A stretch of 64,000 nt of DNA from an uncultured Gemmatimonadales bacterium (GTDB lineage: Bacteria > Gemmatimonadota > Gemmatimonadetes > Gemmatimonadales > GWC2-71-9), in assembly GCA_963844035.1 (NCBI GenBank), contig CAWJMT010000035.1, positions 192,001 to 256,000 on the forward strand, given 5' to 3'. Positions 32,179-40,711 of this stretch are shown in pieces; position 1 is the first letter of the stretch, and the number at the start of each line of letters is the position of its first letter. Below the pieces are notes generated by a model. That model worked only from the letters and a program-made list of their open reading frames with translations. It was not told where the DNA came from and did no database searches. The translations under genes were made by a program, and so were the position numbers.

Positions 32179-32433
32179 TTATGAGACTTTGAAAACCTGA
32201 TCCTTGGGCCGGGCCCGGTCGCCTACCTGGATCGCGACCTCGACGCCCGCCTGTGCCTGCTCGACCGGCTGATGGTTCACCTGCATCGAGGTGATCGTCG
32301 CCGTAAAGTCGGTGGTGTGGCCATGAAAGTGCAGCCGGTCGCCCACCACGAGCTCTCCCGCGGTCAGCTGGACCATCGCCACGCTCGGTCCCTTGAAGAA
32401 GTGAATGACGGTTCCGACGAGGTCTTCGGGCAT
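32179..32433 (-). CDS. Small EF-Tu domain-2-like beta-barrel protein
   Basis: VGTVIHFF..PSVA...LVVGD.LHFHGHTTDF...SMQV...AQAG..VAI...R..D.VFKV. Confidence 0.75.
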   Translation of the reverse strand: MPEDLVGTVIHFFKGPSVAMVQLTAGELVVGDRLHFHGHTTDFTATITSMQVNHQPVEQAQAGVEVAIQVGDRARPKDQVFKVS

Positions 32434-32449
32434 ATCGCGCCTCCTGGGA

Positions 32450-33358
32450 TCACGGTGTGTGTGGTTCGGGTCCGGGCGCGGCGCGCGCCCGGGTCAACGT
32501 TTTCACCAGCACCTGGTGCTGCGTGCCGAGCTGCATCGCGGCATCGTCCCGCAGTCGCTCGGTGGCGTACACCGCGCCGACCGCGCTGCCGGATCCGCAC
32601 AGCCGCACCCAATATGGATGCGTGGCCGCGACGCGCTCGAATAGCGCGCGCAGCACCGGATGACGGCCAAAGACCGGGAGCTCGAAATCGTTTCCGCCCA
32701 GCCGTCCCACGCTCCCCCACGTCGCGAGCGCCGGCGCGTCCAGCACGACGGCGCCGCGCGGCGCGGGGGTGACGTGCGCTTCGTCCCACCACCGGTAGGC
32801 ATCGGGCGTCGGCACTCCGATCGGCGGCACCGCCACGAGCGCGGGGTTGGCGGGGAGCGGGTCGAGCTGCAGTATCCGCTCCCCCCGACCCCAGCCCAGC
32901 GCGAGCGCGGCACCGCTCGCGAAGAACGCGACGTCGGAGCCGATGCGAGCCGCCATCTGCACCAGCTCGGCGCGGGGGACGGCATTGCCGGCAAGCGCAT
33001 TGACGGCGTGGAGCGCCGCTGCTGCATCGCTCGAGCCGCCGCCCAAACCGGCGCGAATGGGAATCCGCTTGGTCAGCTCGATCGCCACGCCGAACCGGTG
33101 GCCGGTCGCCTCGAGCACGGCGCGCGCCGCGCGCGCGGCGAGGTTCTCGTCGGGGCTCCCGAGATCGGGACCTCCCGGGGCGACCTCGAGCGTCACGCCG
33201 CGAGGCGTGCGACGGACCACCAGCTCATCGGCCAGCTCGAGCAGCGCGAACGCGGTCTCGATCTGGTGAAAGCCGCTGGTCTCGCGCGCCAGGATGCGGA
33301 GAAACAGGTTCACCTTGGCGTGAGCGGCGATGCGCACCTGTTCGGCAGCCACGCTCAT
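32450..33358 (-). CDS. ispE: 4-diphosphocytidyl-2-C-methyl-D-erythritol kinase
   Basis: AKVNLFL, KRIPIRAGLGGGSSDAA, IGSDV, NDFE, LCGSGS. The track merges it with the upstream gene because of an indel. Confidence 0.95.
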   Translation of the reverse strand: MSVAAEQVRIAAHAKVNLFLRILARETSGFHQIETAFALLELADELVVRRTPRGVTLEVAPGGPDLGSPDENLAARAARAVLEATGHRFGVAIELTKRIPIRAGLGGGSSDAAAALHAVNALAGNAVPRAELVQMAARIGSDVAFFASGAALALGWGRGERILQLDPLPANPALVAVPPIGVPTPDAYRWWDEAHVTPAPRGAVVLDAPALATWGSVGRLGGNDFELPVFGRHPVLRALFERVAATHPYWVRLCGSGSAVGAVYATERLRDDAAMQLGTQHQVLVKTLTRARAAPGPEPHTP

Positions 33359-34342
33359 TGCTTCGCTCCTTCGCCCCGCCGCAGCTCGTGCAGGCGCACC
33401 TGCGTCCGCGACAGCGAATACAGACCGAGCAGCGTGATCGGGACGAAGCCGCCGAGGTGATACGCGACGGCGTAGCTCACGGCCTGGTCGGGGCCGATCG
33501 CGTACAGCCCGAGTGTGGCGCGCGTGACCGCTTCGAACGGTCCGAAGAACCCCGGGCGATGACGGCAACGCGACGCCGAACCCGATCAGGCCCTGGAGCA
33601 GGAACGCGGCTTCCCACGGGACGGCAAGCCCAAAGGCCCGGAAACAGACGGCGAACGATAACCCGTTCACCACCCACAGTACGAGCGACCAAGCGACGAC
33701 GCCGGCGAACCGTCGCGGATTCTTGAGCACCGCGAGCCCGGCGACCAGCCCCTCCGCCACGACGCTCAATCGCGCGGCGTAGCGCGCGGGAAGTGCGGCG
33801 TGCAACGCCCGCCGTGCAAACCCGAGCCACGGCGCGGGCCGATAGGCCACGAGCATGGCGACGCCGAGCATCAGGAGGAACAGCGCCGCCGCCCAGGCCG
33901 CGATTTGCGACAGCGTTGCTCCGCCGACCGTGCCATGACGGGGAAAGGACGGCGCGGCGATCGCGGCTGTGAGCAGCGCCACCATCACGAGCCCGTCGAA
34001 TACGCGCTCCACCGCGATGGAGGCCAGCGCCGTCGCGAAGCTCACAGGGAGCTGGCGGTTGGCGAGATACGCTCGCGCGAATTCGCCCGCGCGCGCAGGG
34101 AGGAGGTTGTTCGCCATGAATCCCACGGCCGTGGCGTGCCACATGGGCGTCAGGGGGAATGGCCGCTCGTCGGCATCGCGCAGAATTACGCGCCACCGGA
34201 CCGTACGGAGCGGGAAGCTTGCGGTGGCGAGCGCGATGGCGGTGGCGAAGAGCAGCGGATCGGCGCGGCGCATGTGGCCGAGCACGGCACGCGCATCGAC
34301 TCCGTGCAGGGCCCAGGCCAGGAGCAACGCGGTGACGACCAA
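33355..34342 (-). CDS. Lysylphosphatidylglycerol synthase TM / flippase-like (UPF0104) membrane protein (indel near 33550)
   Basis: RW, GFMANNLLPARAGEFAR, VERVFDG, PSSPG(F)FGPFE. Start uncertain. Confidence 0.85.
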
Positions 34343-34379
34343 CCCGATCGCCCACGCCCAGGGCGACGCGGGTCGCCCG

Positions 34380-36125
34380 CTACGGACCGGGGTGGGCAGC
34401 GGGCGGGGGTCCCGGCTCGATCGCGAGAGCGACGAGGTCGCAGACCTCGTCGATCAGGTCATGGAGGGCGTCGCCCGAAACGAGGCGCGCCTTGGCGCGC
34501 AGCTCCTGCGCACGCGCCAGCGCACTGTTGCCGCGGTAGAGCAGGGAGCGCACGTCGACGACCGGCGGCTCTGGCGTCGGCACGGCGGCGTGGGCCACGG
34601 GCGCTGGAGCACGCGGCGGCACCGGGCGCGCCGTATCGCGCGAGGGTGTCGCGAGCAGCGTTTCGAGGGACGAGGGCCGATCCCGGCGTCCACCAGCCGC
34701 TGGTACGACACCCACGACCCGACGAGGTCGGCGGATTCGGGGATCGCGTCTTCACCTGCGGGGGCCGGAGTTGGCGCGGCAGCCGCGGGTGTGGTCGGCA
34801 CCGCAGCGGCCGGCCTGGCGTGGACGGCGGGTCCCGGCGGCGGGCGCCGGCGGGGATGCCAGTGCGGAGCGCGGCAGTGCCCGGAACCAGCAGTGCCCGT
34901 ACCGCCGCGGTCAGCCCGTCCAACTCTCCGACCAGCGCTGCTTCGTCACCCGACCCCGATTGCGTCGAGCAGGTCACCGACCCGCCGCAGCAAGGCCGCG
35001 AACGGGTTAGGGGCCCGAACCGCGACTCCGCTCGTCACGACCTCCCGCGCGGCGACGGCGAACTGCGCGACCCGATCGGCGAGCGGCCCACCGCCCGACG
35101 TCGGCGAGCGCGCGGAACGTGCTGGCGAGTGTATGGGCTCGCAGCTCGCGCTGCGTGGTGCTGGGCGCGCGCTCGAGCGAGTCAGCCGCCTGGCGGAGGT
35201 GCTCGCCGTGGCTCACCAGCTCGAGCCGCCCCAGGGTCGCGGGGCGCGCGGCGGCGACGCCCTGTTGCACGATGTGCGGCCCGGCATCGTCGAAGTAGAG
35301 CGAGGAGACCGGCACGACGTCCGGCTCGGTCTCGCTGAACCGCAGCAGCAGATCGGCAAACTGCCGGAAGGCCGGCTCCCTCGGGATCGGGCCGGCCCAT
35401 CTCCGCCACTTCCCGAGCGCCACGCGCGATCGCCCCGGCCGCGGCCTGGAACACCTCGGCGACGTTGGCGGGCACCGTGAACTCGGGCCGCGCCAGCTCG
35501 CCGATGGTGCGCTCGATCCCTTCCAGCAGGTCGGGGAGCGGCGGCAGGTCGGTCAGGGCCGCGAGGCCGCGCAGCGGCTGGAGCGCGCGGAGCACGTGCT
35601 GCAGCGGATCCTGGGCTCGAGGATTGGCGCGCAACGCCTGTGCAGCGCGGTCGAGCGCGCTGGCGATGGCCGCTCCTTCACGCGCCACGAAGGCGCGCGC
35701 GCCCGCATCCAAACCCACCGCCGCCGCGACCTGGGCAGGCGGCCCGGGACGCCCGCCGCGCTGTTCGAGCTCCGCGGCGAGGGCTTCGGCCTTGGCCGTG
35801 TCGGCCTCGGTCCACGCGGCGGCCCGACGAACGAACACCTTGAGGTCGTCCACGGCGCGGATGGCGATCTGCTTCGTCTGCGGATCCCAGGTGTTGCGTC
35901 CTTCCCGGATGCCGCGCGCCACCGCCTTCCACGCCGGCGGCTGCCCGGGCGATGGCGGGCTGGCTCGCCATCAACGCGCTGCCCCGCAGCGCGCGCGCCA
36001 GCCGTACGAACTCGTCGGTCGCGAGCGTCGGGTTTCTGCATCACCGCGTCCAGACGCTCGAGATACTCCCCCGCCTCGAGGGCGAAGAAGTCGGACATCC
36101 CGAGCGGTTTACCGGGCTCCGTCAT
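34380..36125 (-). CDS. Multi-helical-bundle protein with degenerate Hpt-like domains (several indels)
   Basis: DFFALEAGEYLERLD...EFVRLARALRGSALMA...ARAAAGVE is Hpt-like; fragments in several frames run to ...LIDEVCDLVALA. Confidence 0.55.
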
Positions 36126-36150
36126 GGGAGAGAACTTAAGCAATCAGACG

Positions 36151-36868
36151 TCAGCTGGCAGCCTCATCGACCAATCTCCTCATTCTCCGCACCGCCTCTT
36201 CCAACCCCCAGTACACGGCGTTGCTCACGATCGTGTGACCGATGTTCAGCTCTTCGATCTCCGGAATTGCGGCGACGGGCTGGACGTTTTCGTAGGTCAG
36301 GCCATGCCCCGCGTGGACCGCGAGGCCGCGTTCGGCGGCGTGGCGTGGCGGCGCGGCGCAGCTGTCGCAAGGCCGCGTCGCTCTTGCGCCACGTCTGCGC
36401 GTAGCGCCCGGTGTGCAGCTCGATCGCGGGGACGCCCAGGGCGGCCGCGCGGTCGATCGTGCGGAGATCGGGGTCGATGAAGAGACTGACGCGGACGCCG
36501 GCGCGCATGAGCCGGGCCACTGCGTCGGCGACGCGACGGTCGCCCGGCCTGAGCGCCAGGCCGCCCTCGGTGGTGATCTCGCGACGCCGCTCGGGGACGA
36601 CCGTGGCCTGGAACGGACGTGCCCGGCATGCGAAGCGGACGATGTCGGGGTGCGCGCCGAGCTCGAGATTCACGAGCGTGCGGACGCTGCGCTGCAGTGC
36701 GCGAATGTCCGCGTCCTGAATGTGCCGCCGGTCCTCGCGCAGGTGCGCCGTGATGCCATCGGCGCCACCGCGTTCGCACTCCGCTGCGGCGCGCGCGGGA
36801 TCGGGTTCGTCGGTCTTGCGCGCCTCGCGCAGCGTCGCGACGTGATCAATGTTGACGTAGAGCCGCAT
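36151..36868 (-). CDS. pdxJ: Pyridoxine 5'-phosphate synthase (indel near 36340)
   Basis: [45 protein letters not shown], then HAGHGL...ELNIGH in the shifted frame. Confidence 0.95.
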
Positions 36869-36917
36869 GCTCCCTTACCTTCGGATCACTTCGTCAATCG
36901 CAAGGTGGTGCCTCGTG

Positions 36918-37376
36918 ATGCGACGGCTGTCTGTGCTCCTGGTGTTGGGCAGCCTCGGTTGCGGGTCGCAGCCCCAATCGACGACGGCGCCGACGCCGCA
37001 ATCCCTCAACGACGCGGTGGTCCAGTTCATGGCTGCCGTGAAAGCCAAAGATATCGAGCGGATGGGCAACTTGTGGGGCACCGAGCGCGGGCCCGCCGCC
37101 GATTGGATGAAGCCCGAAGAGCTGAAGATGCGGCTCACCGTGATCCAGAAATACCTCGCATCCGACGGGTACAGAATTCTCGAGGGCCCGCTCCCGGTCC
37201 CGGGCCGCGACGACATGCGCGCGTTCAAAGTCGAGCTCCAGCGCGCGCAGTGCAACACGGTCGCAACGCTCGACCTCATGCGCGCCGGCAGCGGCAGATG
37301 GCTGGTCTCCGATCCGCACCTGGAGACCCTCAGCAATCCCGCCGCTGCCTGCAAGCCCCGGAGCCCCGGAACCTGA
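36918..37376 (+). CDS. Hypothetical lipoprotein (possible NTF2-like fold)
   Basis: MRRLSVLLVLGSLGC lipobox; AVVQFMAAVKAKD...GRWLV. Confidence 0.65.
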   Translation: MRRLSVLLVLGSLGCGSQPQSTTAPTPQSLNDAVVQFMAAVKAKDIERMGNLWGTERGPAADWMKPEELKMRLTVIQKYLASDGYRILEGPLPVPGRDDMRAFKVELQRAQCNTVATLDLMRAGSGRWLVSDPHLETLSNPAAACKPRSPGT

Positions 37377-37394
37377 CCGTTGGCATCGGCGTTC

Positions 37395-37793
37395 CTACTC
37401 CGTCAGCTCGACCAAGATGCCGGCAGTAGCTTTGGGATGCAGGAACGCGATGCGGCGGCCGCCGGCGCCGGCCCGTGGGGTGCTGTCAACCAGCTGGTAA
37501 CCCGCGGCGCGGCATTGCTGGAGAGCGCGGTCGAGATCCGGGACCCGGTAGCAAATGTGGTGGATCCCCGGGCCGCGGCGGGCCAGGAACTTGGCGATCG
37601 GGCTGTCGGTTGCGACAGGCTCGAGCAGCTCCACCCGGACGTCGCCGAGTGTCAGGCTGACGATCGTGGCGCCGTCGGCGGTTTCCGGAGGCCCGGGCAC
37701 CAGTCCGAGGACGTCGCGATAAAAAGGAAGGGCGGCGGCGATGCTGGCCACCGCAATGCCGACATGAGCGACCCGAACCGGTGCGTCCACCAT
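37395..37793 (-). CDS. mce: Methylmalonyl-CoA epimerase (VOC family)
   Basis: HVGIAV, VELLEP, IAKFLARRGPGIHHI, FLHPK..GILVEL. Confidence 0.9.
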   Translation of the reverse strand: MVDAPVRVAHVGIAVASIAAALPFYRDVLGLVPGPPETADGATIVSLTLGDVRVELLEPVATDSPIAKFLARRGPGIHHICYRVPDLDRALQQCRAAGYQLVDSTPRAGAGGRRIAFLHPKATAGILVELTE

Positions 37794-37836
37794 AGCGGTC
37801 GCAACTTAATGATTACGCGAGAAGGAGTGCAGGGTC

Positions 37837-38169
37837 ATGGAAGGTGTGCATCCGATAGCCGTTACCGACGCCTCATTCGGGAGTGAGGTAGAGCAGCATC
37901 AGGGGCTTGCGATCGTCGATTTTTGGGCGACGTGGTGCGGCCCCTGCCATATGGTGGCCCCGATCATCGACCAGCTTGCCGGGGAGTACGACGGCAAGGT
38001 CAAGGTCACGAAGGTGGACGTGGACGCCAACCAGCGGACCGCCATGCGCTTTAACGTTCGCTCCATACCGAGTATTCTATTCTTCAAGGACGGACGCCAC
38101 GTGGATACCCTCGTGGGCGCGTATCCCAAGACGGTGCTCGACCAGAAGATTCAACAGCACCTGTCGTAG
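37837..38169 (+). CDS. trxA: Thioredoxin
   Basis: DFWATWCGPC, VRSIP, FKDG; GAAGGAG RBS. Confidence 0.97.
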   Translation: MEGVHPIAVTDASFGSEVEQHQGLAIVDFWATWCGPCHMVAPIIDQLAGEYDGKVKVTKVDVDANQRTAMRFNVRSIPSILFFKDGRHVDTLVGAYPKTVLDQKIQQHLS

Positions 38170-38187
38170 CATCCTCCCCGGAGGGCC

Positions 38188-39186
38188 ATGCGCGCGAGCA
38201 CGGCTCGCTTGATGAACTCGCCGGTTCGCCTTGCGGATCTGTCGTTTCCGCAGGCGGGTCGGCTCGTTCATCGTACCCGCCTGGCCTTCATCCATCTCGA
38301 CAATCTGCTCGCGTTCGGGAAGCGAGACCGCGACGGGCGCGTGGACGGATACCTGACCGCGCACCTCCCCGACGAGTGCCTGATCGTGTTCCTCCGTAAA
38401 GGGGACGCGGTCAACGCCGCGTCCATGCACACGACGGGCCGCGAAGTCATCACGATCACCGAAGCCCTCCGGCGGATGCGCGCGGAGGTCGAGCGGGGCG
38501 ATCTGGCCTACTCGACCGCGCCGATGGTGCAGCTTGCGTGGATGTATCAATCGTGCGCCGTCGACCTGCAGCCACGCACGCTCGACCCGAAAGAGCCGCA
38601 GGCGTTCTTTCCCTCGCTCCGTCAAGAGCAAGTGACGGGCGTCATCGAGTTGATCTCCGACGGCCGGGTCTCCTACCTTCGCTTCGACGGTGGACGATTC
38701 GCCGAAGGGTTTTTCTGTGACAAACCCGATCAGGTGGAGGCAGCGCCGTACCTGGAGTTACAGCTGCGGGCCCACACGCTCTCGGCGGTCATGTTCCCCC
38801 CGGTGTCGGATCTGCCGGCGCAGGCACCCACGTCGCTCATCAACACGTACCGCGAGTTGTACTGGCGCATCGCCGATGAAGTAGAGAAGGAGCTCCCCGG
38901 TCAGGGACGCCGCCGGGCCCAGAAGGTGTGTACCGGAATCATGGGAACGCACAAGGCGCTTGCGCTGCTCAGCTCGCCGCGCGGAACGGACCTGCCCGAA
39001 ACGGTGGTTCGGCCCGAAGATCTCTCCAGCGCCCTGTCCGACTGGTCGCTGCAGCTGCTCGAGGGCGTCGAAGTCATGATGCCGGGCACCGCCCCGAGGA
39101 TTCTGAAGGAAGCGACGAAGGAGCACCGGTACGTGCTGCAGTCGGCCGGATTCTACGGCCCACTGCCGTGGCAATTGGCGTGGTGA
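38188..39186 (+). CDS. Hypothetical protein with two DUF4388/PATAN-like modules
   Basis: DGYL...IVFLRKGDAVNA and TGVIEL...YLRFDGGRFAEG; operonic between trxA and rsmI. Start may be 38212. Confidence 0.6.
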   Translation: MRASTARLMNSPVRLADLSFPQAGRLVHRTRLAFIHLDNLLAFGKRDRDGRVDGYLTAHLPDECLIVFLRKGDAVNAASMHTTGREVITITEALRRMRAEVERGDLAYSTAPMVQLAWMYQSCAVDLQPRTLDPKEPQAFFPSLRQEQVTGVIELISDGRVSYLRFDGGRFAEGFFCDKPDQVEAAPYLELQLRAHTLSAVMFPPVSDLPAQAPTSLINTYRELYWRIADEVEKELPGQGRRRAQKVCTGIMGTHKALALLSSPRGTDLPETVVRPEDLSSALSDWSLQLLEGVEVMMPGTAPRILKEATKEHRYVLQSAGFYGPLPWQLAW

Positions 39187-39187
39187 G

Positions 39188-40018
39188 ATGTCGGGCACCC
39201 TCTATATCGTCGCCACGCCGCTTGGCAACCTCGACGACCTGTCCCCCCGCGCTGCGGCCACCCTGTGCCGGGTGACCACCGTCGCTGCTGAAGACACACG
39301 GCGAACAAAAACGCTGATGGTGCACGTCGGCTCCAACGCCGACTTGACGAGCTTCCACGCCCACTCCTCCGACTCGGCACTGCAACGCATCCTGCACTTG
39401 CTCGGCACCGGCAAGGACGTCGCCCTGGTGACCGACGCCGGTACCCCCACGGTGAGCGATCCCGGCGCCCTGCTGGTGGCCGCCGCGCGAGCGCGCGACG
39501 TTCCCGTGGTGTCGATCCCGGGACCCACCGCCGTGGCTGCAGCGCTGTCGGTATCCGGGATCTCCGGCGACCGCTACGTGTTTCTGGGATTCCTGCCCCG
39601 CAAGGGCACGGACCGGCGACGCCTGCTGGACACCATCGCGAAGAGCGAATGGACCGTCGTGGTGTTCGAAGCGCCCAACCGGGTCGCGGAGCTGTTGAGC
39701 GACCTCGCGTCGGCTTGTGGCGGCGAGCGCTCCGCGGCGGTTGCCCGGGAGCTCACCAAGATTTTCGAGGAGACGCGGACCGGGACGCTGGCTGAGCTGG
39801 CGGCGTACTACGCAGAGGCTCCCCCGCGCGGCGAGGTGACGGTCGTGGTGTCCGGGACCGGCCGCCCGGTCCAAGCGGACGAACGGCCTCCCGATCCGGA
39901 AGAGCGAGCCCGCGCGCTCCTGGCCCAGGGCATGACCCGCAAGGACGTCGCCGAGCGGATTGCGACGGAGACGGGAATCACACGAAATACGGCGTACCGG
40001 TTGGTGAACGAACTGTGA
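39188..40018 (+). CDS. rsmI: 16S rRNA (C1402) 2'-O-methyltransferase
   Basis: GTLYIVATPLGNL, AAEDTR, TDAGTPTVSDPG, FLGFLPRK, RELTKIFEE, PRGE. Confidence 0.96.
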   Translation: MSGTLYIVATPLGNLDDLSPRAAATLCRVTTVAAEDTRRTKTLMVHVGSNADLTSFHAHSSDSALQRILHLLGTGKDVALVTDAGTPTVSDPGALLVAAARARDVPVVSIPGPTAVAAALSVSGISGDRYVFLGFLPRKGTDRRRLLDTIAKSEWTVVVFEAPNRVAELLSDLASACGGERSAAVARELTKIFEETRTGTLAELAAYYAEAPPRGEVTVVVSGTGRPVQADERPPDPEERARALLAQGMTRKDVAERIATETGITRNTAYRLVNEL

Positions 40019-40020
40019 GA

Positions 40021-40110
40021 GGCGGGATGGACGGGCAGGCGGTTAGGCGGTGTGGCGGTCGTCTGCCTGGCGGTTCTTGCTACCGCCTGCCCGCCCAACC
40101 GCCCGACCGC
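40021..40110. repeat. Octamer-periodic imperfect inverted repeat at the 5' end of the DUF4159 gene
   Basis: GACGGGCA GGCGGTTA GGCGGTGT GGCGGT ... ACCGCCTG CCCGCCCA ACCGCCCG ACCGCC. Confidence 0.75.
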
Positions 40111-40711
40111 CGCCTCACTCACCATCGGTCGTCTCCACTACGACGGCGGCGGCGATTGGTACGCCGGTCCATCGTCGTTGCCCAACCTGCTCGCCGCGAT
40201 TCGCGCGCGGACGTCGCTGCAGGTGGCGGAGCGGGAGCGCATCGTCACGCTGCGCAGCGCCGACCTGTGGGACGTCCCGTACCTGTTCATGCGAGGACAC
40301 GGCAACGTCCACTTTGCCGACGACGAGGTGACGCTGCTGCGCCGCTACCTGGAGCAGGGTGGGTTTCTCCATGCTGACGATGACTACGGAATGGACGCTG
40401 CGTTCCGGCGGGAAATCCAGCGCGTGTTCCCCGACCACCCCCTCGTAGAAGTGCCGTTGACGCACCCCATCTATCATCTGGTGTATGACTTCCCTCGCGG
40501 CCTGCCCAAGATCCACGAGCACGACGGCCTCCCTGCGCAGGGCTTCGGGATTTTTTTGGGAGAGCGACTCGCCGTATACTATTCCTACCAGACTGATCTC
40601 GGCGACGGTTGGGAAGACCCGGAGGTACACCACGACCCCCCAGAGCTCCACGAAGCGGCGCTGCGCATGGGCGTCAATCTCTTCACGTACGCGGTGAGCG
40701 CGATCCGGTGA
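40052..40711 (+). CDS. DUF4159 domain protein
   Basis: RLHYDGGGDWY, PYLFMRGHG, YLEQGGFLHADD, HPIYH, DLGDGWE, ALRMGVN. Confidence 0.85.
   Translation: MAVVCLAVLATACPPNRPTAASLTIGRLHYDGGGDWYAGPSSLPNLLAAIRARTSLQVAERERIVTLRSADLWDVPYLFMRGHGNVHFADDEVTLLRRYLEQGGFLHADDDYGMDAAFRREIQRVFPDHPLVEVPLTHPIYHLVYDFPRGLPKIHEHDGLPAQGFGIFLGERLAVYYSYQTDLGDGWEDPEVHHDPPELHEAALRMGVNLFTYAVSAIR

Noticed and set aside
32450..34342. 630-aa flippase-IspE fusion in the ORF track
   Set aside because: It is created by an indel near 33550; the flippase C-terminus ends at TGA 33355, overlapping the ispE ATG.
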